The position numbers and the translations under genes are program-made. A stretch of DNA of 64,000 nucleotides from an uncultured Chloroflexia bacterium (GTDB lineage: Bacteria > Chloroflexota > Limnocylindria > Limnocylindrales > CSP1-4): NCBI GenBank assembly GCA_963813225.1, contig CAWEYB010000001.1, positions 1,152,362 through 1,216,361 on the forward strand, read 5' to 3'. This document shows positions 31,440 to 44,067 of the stretch, piece after piece (positions within the stretch are counted from its first letter, which is position 1; each line of letters begins with the position of its first letter). The notes below the pieces were generated by a model. The model saw only the letters and a list, made by a program, of their open reading frames with translations, ran no database searches and was not told where the DNA came from.

Positions 31440-31862
31440 TCAGGAGACGGCGGAGGCCATCGTGTCTTCGATGACATCCGCTGGGATCCGCCCGGAGGCG
31501 AGCAGGATGCCGTCGGCACCACGGACCGCCTCGACGAAGGGAGCCGCCCAGACGTTCTCCCAGACGAGGAGCCCACACGTCGAGTTCGGATCCAGCGCTT
31601 CGCCGAAGTCCTCGAAGTCCTCCTGGCCGAGCAGGTTCTGGCGCTCGATACCGAGGGATGCCAGAGCGGCGGCTTCTTCCGGACCGGCGTCCTGCATCTC
31701 GACGGCGGCGACGTTCCCGTCGCCGTCCTTGGTGATGATCACCAGGTCGAGGACGCGGATCGTCCCCGAATCCTGCAGGCGCTTGATCTCGGGGATGATC
31801 GCGCCGGAGAACTTGTTTCCCGGGAACGCGATCGCGATGTAATCAACGGGACCCACGGTCAT
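31440..31862 (-). CDS. DUF6325/DUF1269-like soluble protein
   Basis: MTVGPVDYIAIAFPGNKFSGAIIPEIKRLQDSGTIRVLDLVIITKDGDG. Family call is from memory only. Confidence 0.5.
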   Translation of the reverse strand: MTVGPVDYIAIAFPGNKFSGAIIPEIKRLQDSGTIRVLDLVIITKDGDGNVAAVEMQDAGPEEAAALASLGIERQNLLGQEDFEDFGEALDPNSTCGLLVWENVWAAPFVEAVRGADGILLASGRIPADVIEDTMASAVS

Positions 31863-31927
31863 TTCGACTCCCTTTCGCTTTGACGGTCATCCATCATGCG
31901 CCTGCACGCTCTGTGCTGCACGCTCGG

Positions 31928-33257
31928 TCAGAGGAACCGCGAGACGCGGTCCATGGCGGCGTTCCAGACCCGCTGCCGCGCCGCCGTCGTTGCGCTGGCA
32001 GGAGTGGACATCCCGACGAGCTCATCGAAGATCTGGCGCTCGGTCAGATCGGCCACGGCCGGGTCCGCGAACAGCAGGTCGAGCTCGTCGTTGCGGAAGA
32101 GCGACAGGTCGTCGAGGTTGCAGCCCCCGATGAGGACCTGCTCGTCGATGCGCAGCACCTTGGCGTGCGCCATCTCGGGGTGGAGCAGGATCTCCACGCC
32201 GGCGTCCAGCAGCCGGCCGTACCAGTGGCGGAAGGCCGCGGCAGGGTAGGGCGGGGTGGGCTTGCCCGGGGCGATGAGGCGGACCCGCACGCCGCGAAGG
32301 GCTGCCTCGAGGAGCCGCTCGAGGATCGCCCGGTTGGAGATGTACGGGTTGACGATGTGGATCTCGGTGGCGGCATCCTCGAGCGCCCGCTCGATCGTGT
32401 CGCTGATCGGATGGTGGCCGGTACCCGGCACGTTCCACAGGACCGTCGTCGGGGCGTGGAACGGCGCGTCCGGGGCGACCGGCCAGCGTGGCCGGCGGGA
32501 AGTAGCGCAGGAGCGCCGGGTCGTCGGGGGCCGCGCCGCCGTTGTTGCGCCAGCTGATCAGGAAGACGGCCGCCAGCTGCGCGACGATCGGCCCCTCGAC
32601 CCGGCACATGACGTCGTAGAACCGCTCGTCGTTGTAGTGGTCCTCGATGCCGCTGCCGCCGACGTAGCCGACCCGGCCGTCGACCACGACCATCTTGCGA
32701 TGGTCGAAATGGAGCAGGTCCTCGGCGTGTGGCTGGAAGTGCTGCGCTCCGAGCTCGCCCTTGCGCACGACCACGATGCCGTCGTGGGCGATGACCTCGA
32801 TGCCTGCCTCGCGCAGCTGGCGGAACAGGTCCTTGCTGCCGAGGTCGACCTCGCTGCCGATGGCGTCGACCGCCAGCCGGACCTCGACGCCCTCCGCCAC
32901 CTTGGCCGACAGCGCTTCGAGGAACGTGGTCCCGATGTCGCCCGGCTTGTAGCCGTAGATGAGCAGGTGGACGTGGTCCTTGGCGGCCGCGATGTCCTCG
33001 AGGATGCGCGGGAAGTAGCGATGGCCGTGGAGCAGGGGGTCGACCGCGGTCGCGATCGCCGGCGCGAACGTGAGGGCCAGGTCCGCGCGACGGACCTGCG
33101 GGCGGGCGACCAGCTCGGCGGTGCGCACAGCGGCCGTCTCGGCCCGGACCGCGTCCGGGTCGAACGGGTCGGTCGGCACGCGCGTCTTGCGCCGGCGCAT
33201 GGCCGCCGTCGCGGCCGCGATCCCGGCCCCCACGGCCAGCGTCCGTCGTCGGCTCAT
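31928..33257 (-). CDS. Phospholipase D/cardiolipin-synthase family protein, one +1 shift near 32470
   Basis: Two HKD motifs, HFDHRKMVVVDGRVGYVGGSGIED and HAKVLRIDEQVLIGGCNLD, lie in different frames. N-terminal hydrophobic anchor. Confidence 0.8.
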
Positions 33258-33447
33258 CGTCGATCCGTCCTCGCAGGACGTCGTCTGGTCCATCGATCGC
33301 CGCCCCCTCGGCAGCCACCACGTCGGGTGGCGGAAACCCGTATTCGCAAGGTCGTGAGCCGATACTGTAACGCGCCACACGGTCTCCCGGGCGGACACCG
33401 GGCGTATCCTTGGGGTCCACGCAGACCCCGCACGAAGGAGGAGTCAG

Positions 33448-34000
33448 ATGCCTGAGCTCCCCGTCAAGGAGGTCCGCCCGCCGGAGCTCCATCTCCCCGA
33501 GATCAAGCGCGAGGAGATCGTCCGCGCCCTGTCCGACATCAGGATGCCCGACGTCAAGATGCCGGAGGTCGACCTCAGCAAGATCGAGCGCCCGAACGTC
33601 GATCAGGCGACGAAGTCGCTCGGCCGGCTGGCGACCGCGGCAGCCGTCGCGCTCCATCTGGTGCCGCGCGCCCGGCGGCCCCGCTGGCCGCTCGCGATCG
33701 GCGGCCTGGTCGTTGCCGGGGTCGCCGTCGCGGTCCTGAGCAACGAGGCCGTCCGTGCCCGGCTGTCGGCCGGCGCGGCCGCCGTCCGGGAGCGCGTGAC
33801 CACGATGCGTGCTGCGGCCGACGACTCGCTCGACGTCGGGCCCGATGACGCGATCGCGTTCGATGCGGCCGAGACCGCCGAGATCGAAGCCATCGCCGTT
33901 CACCGACGCGACGCCGATCGACGCGACCGCCTACCCCGCCGGACTGGGCGCCGACCAGAACGGCAACCAGGCCCGGGAAGAGGCGCACGCCCGCGACTGA
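33448..34000 (+). CDS. Hypothetical single-pass membrane protein, probable +1 shift near 33897
   Basis: N-terminus with repeated (M/L)P-(E/D)-(V/I) motifs. TM segment WPLAIGGLVVAGVAVAVL. The uncorrected frame runs Arg-rich to 34122 and overlaps the convergent gene. The shifted frame ends at 34000. Confidence 0.35.
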
Positions 34001-34029
34001 TCACGGCTGAGGCTCGGTCGGCCGTTCCG

Positions 34030-34512
34030 CTAGCCGCCGCTCGGCGGATGGGCCGGCGGTTCGGTCGGCGCGTTCGCCAGTCGATCGAGCGCCTGGCGCA
34101 GCTCGGCGGCAAACCGGCGTGAGCCGGTCAGCTGGACCACGAGCCCGACGAACTTGCCGCGGGCGCTCGTGGCGACACGCTGGAAGTCGACCGCCACGTG
34201 GCAGCCGCCGCCCGGGCGGTCGGTCACGTGGTAATCGATGACCGTGCCCGACCGGAAGTCGTTGGAATCCATCAGTCGAAGCCGGACGAGGCCCGGCTCC
34301 GACCAGTCGTAGTGCTCGCGGCCCCAGACGCCGCCCAGGACATCGGTCCCCTCGGTGACGTCGGCCCACGTGTCGCCGACTTCGTGGACCGTGTAGAACT
34401 TCGTGTCGAGACCCGGCCAGAGCTCCGGTCGATGCGGCCCGAAATCGGTCAGCGCGGCGATGAACCGCGCCGCCGGGATCGCGCCATCCGCCTCGTAGTG
34501 GATCTTGGCCAC
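34030..34512 (-). CDS. SRPBCC (START/polyketide-cyclase-like) superfamily protein
   Basis: Intact 160 aa. The call rests on overall pattern only, so it is weak. Confidence 0.5.
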   Translation of the reverse strand: MAKIHYEADGAIPAARFIAALTDFGPHRPELWPGLDTKFYTVHEVGDTWADVTEGTDVLGGVWGREHYDWSEPGLVRLRLMDSNDFRSGTVIDYHVTDRPGGGCHVAVDFQRVATSARGKFVGLVVQLTGSRRFAAELRQALDRLANAPTEPPAHPPSGG

Positions 34513-34516
34513 GGGC

Positions 34517-36680
34517 TCAGCCGACCGCTGCGGGCTCCGTGCCCGCCGTGTCCGCGGCGCGTGTCGCGGCGCCGGGAGCGACCGCGCCGGCGGGCTTGCC
34601 GAGCTCGATGCCGGCCGAGCTGAGCCACCGCCGGATGTTGCGATAGATGGCCGGCGCCCCGAGCGGGACGTCCTCGTCGAGCGTCCACTCGACCGGGTGG
34701 AGGATGAACGGCTCGGTCTGCGGGCCGCCGAGCCCGCCGTGCGACCCGATCAGCTCCTCGAACGCCGCCACCTCGCCGAGCTCCGGGTCGTATTGGCTCA
34801 GGAGCAGCAGGTCCGGAGCGTGCGTCATCTCGTCCTCGCGCTTGAGGCTCATCACCGTGTGCGGCCCGAACAATGTCGTGGGGTCCTCGCCCTCGACCTT
34901 GTCGGTGTCGAGGAAGCGCGTCCCCCGTGGCCCGAACACGATCGCGCCGAACTCCGACGAGCGGACCATCAGCAGCCCCACGCCGGGATGGGCCGCGACC
35001 GACGCGACGAGCCCGGGGTGGAGCGTCTCGAGCTCCTCGACCGTCAGGCGATGGTCGTGGCCGGTGAAGTAGACGAGCCCGAGGTTGCCCGACCCGACGA
35101 CTGCGATCGAGCTGGCATCGGCGACCGCGGCCTCCGCCGGCTCGTCGTCGCTGTCGAGGTCGACCACGCCGTCGGTCGTCTTGCTGGCGAACGCGGCGCG
35201 CGCGACCGTCGGGACCGACGCCCTTGCTCCGGGTGATCTCGGACAGGAACGAGTTCACGAAGACCGAGCCCTCGGCCTTGGTCTTGGTCTGGATCAGCGT
35301 CGCTCGGCCGCTCATCAGGCTGCGGACGAGCTCGCCGAGGCTGACCCCGTAGCGCTGCAGGAACGTCTCGCCGAGGCTCTGGCCGTGGTCCGACAGGATG
35401 ATGAACCTGTACGGCCGCGGCGCCTCTTCGGTCGCCTTGACGAGCGAGGCGATCGCCTTGTCGACGCCGTCGAGCGCCTCGAACGACTCGACGCGCTCCG
35501 GCCCGCAGTGGTGGGCGAGCTCGTCGTAGTCGGTGAAGTCGGCATAGATGACGTTCGTGCCGCGATACATCTCCTCGATGATCAGCGCCACGTTGACGTC
35601 GCGCAGGATGACGTTGCTGGCGGCCCGCATCCCGGCGTACTTGAGACCGCGATGCATCTGCGGGCGGACGCCGGCGCGTCGCGTGCGGCTGGCCTGGTAC
35701 TGCTCCTTGATGACCTCGCCGAGGAACATCGTGAACGACCGGAGATAGCCGGTCGGGCTGAAGAAGAACGACATGAACGCCTGGCTGTCGCCGATCCCGC
35801 CACCCTCGGCCTTGATCGCCGCCGTCGTCAGGTACGACCGCGTCGCATCGCCGGTCAGCAGGTTGCAGATGCTGGCGCCGTTGTTCGACAGCAGGCCCTC
35901 GCCGTTCGAGATGCGCGACACGATCAGCGTCGCGTCGACCGGGTTGCTCGACGCCATCAGGTGCTCGCGGTCGCGTTCGTACCAGCGGAAGGCCGGGATG
36001 CCGTCGTTGTTGCCGTGGAGGATGCCGGCCTGGCTGCCCGATGTCATCGACGGCAGGATCGCCTCCCACTTCGACAGCTTGTGGCTGCCGTCGCGGACCA
36101 TGCCGGCCATCGTGTTGACCGATCCGGCGCGCATCCGACCGGCCAGGATCGGGTGGGCGAGGCCGTCGATCTGGACGATCACGAGGCCCGGCTTGTCGGT
36201 GTGGCCCTGCGAGCGCTGGACGAGCAATCGCTGGACGAGGAGCCCGTAATAGGAGCCGCCGCGGTCGACGCCGAGGACCGCGGTCAGGATCGTGTTGACG
36301 ATGGCGTAGACGAACGAGGCGACGAGGGCGGTCCCGAACCCGTCGACGTGCACGCCCGGCGCCCATTGGACGACGACGACGAACGAGACGACCTGGAGCA
36401 CCAGGACCAGGACCCCGACGAGGATGAGCGAGACTGGCGCGGCGAGCGCGAGGACGACCGGGCGGATGGCTGCGTTGAACAGGGAGAGAAGGACGACGGC
36501 CAGCGCGGCGCTCGAGAAGCCGTCGACGGTGAAACGCGGCATCAGCCAGGCGGTCACCAGGAACGAGACGATCGCGACCGCGAACGTCAGGATCAGCCGG
36601 CGCACGAGCGCCCACGGACCACCGCGCCACTCCCAGAGCACGCGCAGCTGGGTCCCGTAGAAGCCGATCAATCGGCTCAT
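34517..36680 (-). CDS. Membrane-anchored (DUF360/holin-like N-terminus) alkaline-phosphatase/phosphodiesterase superfamily protein, one +1 shift near 35215
   Basis: N-terminal four TM helices, then LVIVQIDGLAH...MTSGSQAGILHG...ILSDHGQS. The C-terminal part continues in ORF 34517..35167. Confidence 0.65.
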
Positions 36681-36898
36681 GGTCGTGTGCCTCCCTCGGT
36701 CGCCGCCAGTCCAGCCCTCACTGTCCGGCAAGGATAGGCGGGCGGGCTCATCCGCAACGGACGAAAACGTGCGGCCCTCCGACCGGTACGATGACACCTC
36801 CGTTGACGCTCGATCGCCGCCACGGGCACTCTCGCTCGACCGATCGATGACGCACGAACACGGGGACCTGCTCGGGGGAGCAGGAAAGGAGGACCGAC

Positions 36899-37549
36899 AT
36901 GTCCGACGAGACCAAGCCGACGCCCGCAGGCAACACGACCACGCCAGCCGGGTATTCCGATGACATCCTGGTGGTCGGCGCCACCGTGGCCGACGAGGAA
37001 GGGGTCCTTGCCGAGGGTGCTGTCGCGATCCAGGGCGATCACGCCCTGGTGGTGGCCCGCTTCGCCGACACCACCTCGGCGCGGGCGGTCTACGAGAACC
37101 TCTTGATGGCCGAGATCGACGGCGCGGTCCATATCGACGGCGTCCTCGTCGTCAAGGCCGACGACGACGGTCGGATCCACGTCGAGAAGATGACCGACCA
37201 CAGCACCCGGACCGGGCTCAAGTGGGGGATCGTCGGCGGCGTGGTCGCGGCGGTCTTCCTGCCGGCGACGATCGTGGCCGGCGCGGTCGCGCTCGGAGTG
37301 GCCGGGGCCGCGGCCGGCAAGGCCCGCAACCTGTCGCACCGGCTCGACGTCGAGGAGGAGCTCAAGGGCGTCATCACGCCGGGGACGTCCGGGGTCATGG
37401 CCCTGGTCACCGCGGCCGACGTGCCGGCTGTGACGGCCAAGATGCCTGACGCCCAGGAGGTCAAGACGGTGCCCGTCGACGAGGCCACGGCCGGCGCGAT
37501 CAAGGAAGCGGCCACCCAGGCCGAGGCAACCACGCCAAGCGGCAGCTAG
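36899..37549 (+). CDS. DUF1269-like membrane protein
   Basis: AAGGAGG RBS. ..HIDGVLVVKADDDGRIHVEK.. followed by the Gly-rich TM GIVGGVVAAVFLPATIVAGAVALGVAGAAAG. Confidence 0.55.
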   Translation: MSDETKPTPAGNTTTPAGYSDDILVVGATVADEEGVLAEGAVAIQGDHALVVARFADTTSARAVYENLLMAEIDGAVHIDGVLVVKADDDGRIHVEKMTDHSTRTGLKWGIVGGVVAAVFLPATIVAGAVALGVAGAAAGKARNLSHRLDVEEELKGVITPGTSGVMALVTAADVPAVTAKMPDAQEVKTVPVDEATAGAIKEAATQAEATTPSGS

Positions 37550-37580
37550 CGGCGCACCGCGGCCTGCTGTCAGGCTGCGG

Positions 37581-37943
37581 TCAGGGCGACGGCGGGGCTT
37601 CCGAGGCCCGTCGTCGCCACGGCACGACGCCGTCCATCTCGATGTCGAGCGAGAAGCTCAGGAACGTCCGGACCAGGACGATGAGCCCGAGCGTCGCGGC
37701 ATTCTCGAGCGTCTGGTCGATGGCGACGGTCAGGATGATGTCGGCGATGATCAGGACCTCGAGCCCGAGCAGGATCGTCCGTCCGAGGTTGTGACGCAGC
37801 GCGGTGTACGCATCGCGCCGCTGACCGCGTGACACGTCACGCACGTAGACGATGAGGCTGATGACGCCGCCCGTGAGCAGGATGGCAACGCCGGCGACCT
37901 CGAACGCGTGCTCCGCGATATCGAGGATCTGCTTGAAGTCCAT
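37581..37943 (-). CDS. DUF1622 membrane protein
   Basis: MDFKQILDIAEHAFEVAGVAILLTGG..LGRTILLGLEVLIIADII. Confidence 0.6.
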   Translation of the reverse strand: MDFKQILDIAEHAFEVAGVAILLTGGVISLIVYVRDVSRGQRRDAYTALRHNLGRTILLGLEVLIIADIILTVAIDQTLENAATLGLIVLVRTFLSFSLDIEMDGVVPWRRRASEAPPSP

Positions 37944-37984
37944 GCTCGCGATCGTCGCACACTCGACGGGCAGACCGCCCGTCG

Positions 37985-38028
37985 TTGACGCCCGCGGCGC
38001 TAATCCCGATAATCTGACTCGGAATTAG
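37985..38028 (+). promoter_or_regulatory. Candidate sufB promoter (TTGACG-17 nt-GATAAT) overlapped by a 10-bp-arm inverted repeat
   Basis: -35 TTGACG at 37985-37990 and -10 GATAAT at 38008-38013. Inverted repeat CTAATCCCGA-N9-TCGGAATTAG at 38000-38028 (9 of 10 positions complementary), about 65 nt upstream of the sufB ATG. Confidence 0.5.
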
Positions 38029-38093
38029 ATGACCGAGCCCGACGAACGGGCCAGCCGCGACGCCGGGCGCCGCATCACACGACCGGAGACCAG

Positions 38094-39493
<1,400 letters not shown>

Positions 39494-39497
<4 letters not shown>

Positions 39498-40870
39498 CGG
39501 TCGCGTCACCGCGGCCGCGCCCCGCTCGACGGGGGCTCACCGATTTCTCCCTCCCGGTGACGCGCGGCGACCTCGACGACATCGGGACGATCGAGGGAAC
39601 GGCTGACTGGCTCCCAGATGACCGCCGCGCCGCCTTCGACGCATTCGAGTCGCTGCCGGCCGAGTCGAACCTGCTGTACACGACCTACATCGACCTGCGC
39701 GCGGTCGCGCTCGAGACCGCGGCGCTCGTCCGCCGGCCCCGGACCACGCGCGTCGTCACCGCGCTGCCGCCCGACACCGATGGCCTGCTGGTCGTCGACG
39801 AGGGTGACGTCACCGAGGCCGCCCTGTCGCCCGAGGCGATCGCGGCCGGGGTGGAGCTCACGACCATCGCCGATCTCGCATCCCGCGCGCCGGCCCGCGT
39901 CCGCGCGCTGCTCGACGGCGGCGCGCACCTGCCCGCCGACGACCGGTTCGCGCAGCTGACCCGCGCTCTGTGGTCGCAGGGGGTCGTGCTCGACATCCCC
40001 GACGGCGTCCGCCTCGCGCGGCCGATCATCGTCCGTTGGCGGGCCGGCGCCCCCGACCGCGCCCTCCTGTCGCGGACCGTGATCGCGCTGGGGGACGACG
40101 CGTCCGCGACCGTGCTCGAGGAGCTGGTCGCGTCCGATGCGGCAGCGCCCGACGCCGCCCAGTCGTTCCTGGCCGGCACGCTCGAGGTGCACCTCGGCCG
40201 TGGCGCGAGGCTCGAGGTCTCGAGCCTCCAGGAGCTGCCGGTCACGGCCGTCGCCTTCCAGCATCGGACCGCCCAGGTCGGCGAAGGGGCGACGCTTCAT
40301 TGGGCGCTCGCCCAGCTCGGCTCGCGCCTCGTCCGCAGCCGCGTGGACAACCACCTGATCGGCGACCGGAGCTCCGTCGAGCAGGTCGAGATCGTGTTCG
40401 GTGGAACGGAGCAGCTGTTCGACCTGACGTCCTACACGCATCACGCCGGTCGCGACACCACCGGCAACCTGCTGTCGAAGGGCGCGTTGCTCGATCGGGC
40501 ACGCTCGTTCATGAAGGGGATGATCGTGATCGACCGCAGCGCGGTCGGGACCGACAGCTTCCTGGGCGAGTTCGGGATGAACCTGTCCAAGGCGACACGC
40601 TCGGTCGCCATCCCCAGCCTCGAGATCGACCAGCCCGACTGCCGCCGGGCCGCCCACGCCAGCTCGGTCGGCCCGATCGACGAGACGCAGCTGTTCTACC
40701 TCGAGAGCCGCGGCATCCCGCCCGACGAGGCGCGCAAGTTCATCGTCATGGGCTTCCTCGAGCCGGTCGTCGCGCGCGTGCCCCTGGTCGATGCGCAGGA
40801 TCGCCTGCGGGCGCTGCTCGAGGCCAAATGGGACGCCGGCATCGAGGCGGGGGCAGCCGCCGCCGCGTGA
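39494..40870 (+). CDS. sufD: Fe-S cluster assembly protein SufD
   Basis: ATGA overlap with sufB. The C-terminus IPSLEIDQPDCRRAAHASSVGPIDETQLFYLESRGI is SufD-type. Confidence 0.85.
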
Positions 40871-41202
40871 GACGGATCGACCTGCTGGATGTCGGCGAGG
40901 TCCCCGACGGCACGATGAAGATGGCCTGGGTCGACGGCACCGACCAGGTCCTCGTGGTCAACACCAACGGCCGATTGTTCGCGACGCAGGGCATCTGCAG
41001 CCACGAGTATTTCGAGCTCGACAAGGGTTTCCTGACGGCGGGCACGCTCACCTGCGCGCTGCACCTGTCGCGCTTCGACCTCGACAGCGGCGAGGCGCTC
41101 GACCCGCCGGCCGAGCTGCCGCTGGCCGTCTATCCGGTCGTCGTGGAGGCGGGCCGGATCCTCATCGAGGTCCCCGACGGCCCGCTCGAGGTCAACGAGT
41201 AG
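40867..41202 (+). CDS. Rieske [2Fe-2S] ferredoxin-like protein
   Basis: CSHEY...CALHLSRF (CxH...CxxH). GTGA overlap with sufD. Confidence 0.8.
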   Translation: MRRIDLLDVGEVPDGTMKMAWVDGTDQVLVVNTNGRLFATQGICSHEYFELDKGFLTAGTLTCALHLSRFDLDSGEALDPPAELPLAVYPVVVEAGRILIEVPDGPLEVNE

Positions 41203-41269
41203 TGCCCGACCCACCGGTACGAAAGGTGGATGACGGGCGCGCGGATCAGCCGCCTACCGTGGCCGCACG

Positions 41270-41827
41270 ATGCAACCGATCGAGTTCCTGGCGTTCGCCG
41301 GCGACTGCACGGTCACCGGCAAGATGACCATGTTCGGCGAGCGCCTGACCGACTTCCTCAACGGCCAGGAGCGGTTCCGCGTCCATCACCTCGAATGCGA
41401 GAGCCTGGCCGACGGCCATCGAGCCGCCGTCGACAGCCTGTCGCTCGAGCGGAACGACCTGCTCGCGGTGGTCGGGACCGGACCGCGCGGCAACGAGAAG
41501 CAGCGCGTCACGCTCCAGACGAACCGGCTCCAGGTGTCGATCGGGCCGTATCTCATCCTCGGCCGGCTCCATTCGAAGCCCGGGGCCGACGCCGTCGCCA
41601 GCGTCATGCATCGTGACCCGATGATCCCGCTGACAAATGCGACGATCGCCTACGAGGTCGCCGGCACGATCGTCGCCCGGGACATCCCGACGATCATCGT
41701 CAACCGGCTGCTCGTCGACTGGATCTCGCCGACGACGGACGCGGCGACGCTCTTCCCGGACGTCCCGGTCCGCTCTCCGTTCCCCAAGACGATGCTCAAG
41801 GACTTCTCGGGGACGACGACGGTCTAG
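41270..41827 (+). CDS. Hypothetical protein (185 aa)
   Basis: Intact ORF with normal composition, no recognisable motif, no obvious RBS. Confidence 0.4.
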   Translation: MQPIEFLAFAGDCTVTGKMTMFGERLTDFLNGQERFRVHHLECESLADGHRAAVDSLSLERNDLLAVVGTGPRGNEKQRVTLQTNRLQVSIGPYLILGRLHSKPGADAVASVMHRDPMIPLTNATIAYEVAGTIVARDIPTIIVNRLLVDWISPTTDAATLFPDVPVRSPFPKTMLKDFSGTTTV

Positions 41828-41831
41828 CCGC

Positions 41832-42836
41832 TCAGCGCGGGAGGACGGTCCCGAGACCGAGGGCCTCGGCCCGCGCGAGGATCGCCGTCCCGAAGATCAC
41901 GTCTGCGAGCCCGACCCCGAGATGGGTCGCCACGACCCGTCCGGCCGCCGGCCGCGCCGTGCCAGCCAGGATCGCCTCGCCGATCGTCGCCGTCGGGTCG
42001 GGATAGCCGTCGAATTGCCCGGCGTCACGGTTGGCCAGGAACTGCCCACGCTCGTCGACGAGGAACAGGGCAGCCGTCGCTGCGACCTCGGCGGCACAGT
42101 ACGTCGCGTAGTCGACCGGGACGACCAGGGCGTCCGGGGCGAGCCAGTCGCTCGTCATCACCTGGCGGACCGGGCCGAACGACGCCGCGGTGACGACGAC
42201 GTCCGCGTCGCGCACGGCCGACCGGGCGTCCGGCGCGACTGCGACATCGCCGATCCCCTCGGTCGCCCGCGCGACCTCAGCCAGCGCACCGACCCGCTCC
42301 GGGTGCCGGTCGAACAGCGTGAGCGACACCCCGGGGAGCAGCCCGCCGAGGACCGCCAGGTGGCTCCGACCCTGCACCCCGGCACCGATGACAGCCGCGC
42401 GGGGCGCCCGTCCGGCGACCGACGGTGCGAACCGGCGGATGGCCACGCCGGACACCGCGGCGGTCCGAAGCGCCGTGATCGGGCCGCCGTCGAGGAACGC
42501 GACCGGCGCGCCGGTCTCGGCGTCGTTGAGGATCACCACCGCGTGGATCGCCGGCAACCCCAGGGCATTGTTGGCGGCGAAGCCGGCCACCCATTTCATC
42601 CCGAGCCGGTCGTCGCGGCCGGCCGCGTCGGTGCCGCGCAGGTAGGCGGGCATGGCATGCGCGAACGAGCCCGCGGGGCGCGGATGGACGCCGATCTTGG
42701 GCGGCAGCTCGGCATCCGCGACCAGCGCGGTGAGCGTCCGCTCGGCCAGGGCCAGGCGTTCGTCGAGGTCCGGCATGGCGGCGAGGACATCGGCCGCGTC
42801 GAGGTAGCGGAGCGGGGGGCGATCGGCTGACGCCAT
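41832..42836 (-). CDS. Ornithine cyclodeaminase/mu-crystallin family protein
   Basis: ..ITALRTAAVSGVA.., VIGAGVQGRSH (NAD fold). Start placed at MASADRPP. Confidence 0.75.
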   Translation of the reverse strand: MASADRPPLRYLDAADVLAAMPDLDERLALAERTLTALVADAELPPKIGVHPRPAGSFAHAMPAYLRGTDAAGRDDRLGMKWVAGFAANNALGLPAIHAVVILNDAETGAPVAFLDGGPITALRTAAVSGVAIRRFAPSVAGRAPRAAVIGAGVQGRSHLAVLGGLLPGVSLTLFDRHPERVGALAEVARATEGIGDVAVAPDARSAVRDADVVVTAASFGPVRQVMTSDWLAPDALVVPVDYATYCAAEVAATAALFLVDERGQFLANRDAGQFDGYPDPTATIGEAILAGTARPAAGRVVATHLGVGLADVIFGTAILARAEALGLGTVLPR

Positions 42837-42860
42837 GCCCCCGGAGTCTACGCGGCGTCG

Positions 42861-44057
42861 ATGTCCTACGATGCCGTCGTGTCCCCGATCGACGTCGAGC
42901 TGAGCCTCGACAACCTGAAGCTGGAACGCGACGCGATCGTCCTGTACGACGCCCTGGCCGGGATCGAGAAGGACCCGCGCCGCGCCGAGGCATTCACCCG
43001 GATCGCCGGCAACGAGCGGCGGCACGCCGAGATCTGGGCCGGCAAGCTGCGCGACCTCGGCGCGGACGTCCCGCCGGCCGGCGCTCCACGGCTGCGCGTG
43101 CGGCTGATCATCGTCGTCGCCCGCCTGCTCGGGACATCCGCGGTCTCGGAGCTGGTCAAGGCGCTCGAAGGCGACGAGGAGGCGGCGTACGAGTCGCAGG
43201 ACTCGCCCGAGGTCGCGTCGATCGCCGCCGACGAGCGCGAGCACGCCATCATCTGGGACCGCCTCACGGCCGGTGAGCGATCGGCCGAGATGCGTGACCC
43301 GGCGCGCGACGGCGTCGCCATCGCGCGACGGGCGCGGAGTGCCGCCGAGGTCGGCCAGCGCGAGACCTGGCACCGCGCGGGCGGCCGGTCCGGCACGCTG
43401 CGGGCGGTCATCTTCGGCGTCAGCGACGGCCTGGTCAGCAACCTGTCGCTGGTGATGGGCGTCGCCGGGGCCGCGTCGAGCAATCCCAGCTTCATCCTTC
43501 TCGCCGGTGTCGCGGGCCTGCTCGCGGGATCGTTCAGCATGGCCGCCGGCGAGTACATCTCGATGCAGAGCCAGCGCGAGCTGTTCGAGCGTCAGATCGC
43601 GCTCGAACGGGCCGAGATGGAGGCGATGCCCGACGAGGAGGAGGCCGAGCTGGCCGCCTCATACCGGGCGAAAGGGTTCACCGCGGATGAAGCGGCGCGG
43701 ATCGCCCACCGGATCTTCGCCGATCCCGACGCCGCCCTCGACATGCTGGTCCGCGAAGAGCTCGGCCTCGACCCCGACCAGCTCGGGTCGCCCTGGGGAG
43801 CGGCGGCCGGCTCGTTCGTCGCGTTCGCCATCGGCGCCTCGATCCCCGTCATCCCGTGGCTGTTCGGCGGCGGGTCGGCGGCGCTCATGGTCAGTCTCGG
43901 GCTGAGCCTCATCGCGCTGTTCACGGTCGGCGCGGGAGTCAGCCTGCTGACCGGTCGTGGGCTGCTGTTCTCAGGCTTCCGCCAGCTCGGGATCGGCCTC
44001 GCGGCCGCCCTGGTCACGTTCGCGATCGGGTCGATCATCGGCGTCACCGCAGGCTGA
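42861..44057 (+). CDS. VIT1/CCC1-family Fe/Mn transporter with N-terminal ferritin-like (rubrerythrin-type) domain
   Basis: Two ExxH sites (NERRHAEIW, DEREHAIIW), then VIFGVSDGLVSNLSL..AGEYISM and C-terminal TM helices. Confidence 0.8.
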   Translation: MSYDAVVSPIDVELSLDNLKLERDAIVLYDALAGIEKDPRRAEAFTRIAGNERRHAEIWAGKLRDLGADVPPAGAPRLRVRLIIVVARLLGTSAVSELVKALEGDEEAAYESQDSPEVASIAADEREHAIIWDRLTAGERSAEMRDPARDGVAIARRARSAAEVGQRETWHRAGGRSGTLRAVIFGVSDGLVSNLSLVMGVAGAASSNPSFILLAGVAGLLAGSFSMAAGEYISMQSQRELFERQIALERAEMEAMPDEEEAELAASYRAKGFTADEAARIAHRIFADPDAALDMLVREELGLDPDQLGSPWGAAAGSFVAFAIGASIPVIPWLFGGGSAALMVSLGLSLIALFTVGAGVSLLTGRGLLFSGFRQLGIGLAAALVTFAIGSIIGVTAG

Positions 44058-44067
44058 GCGATCGACG

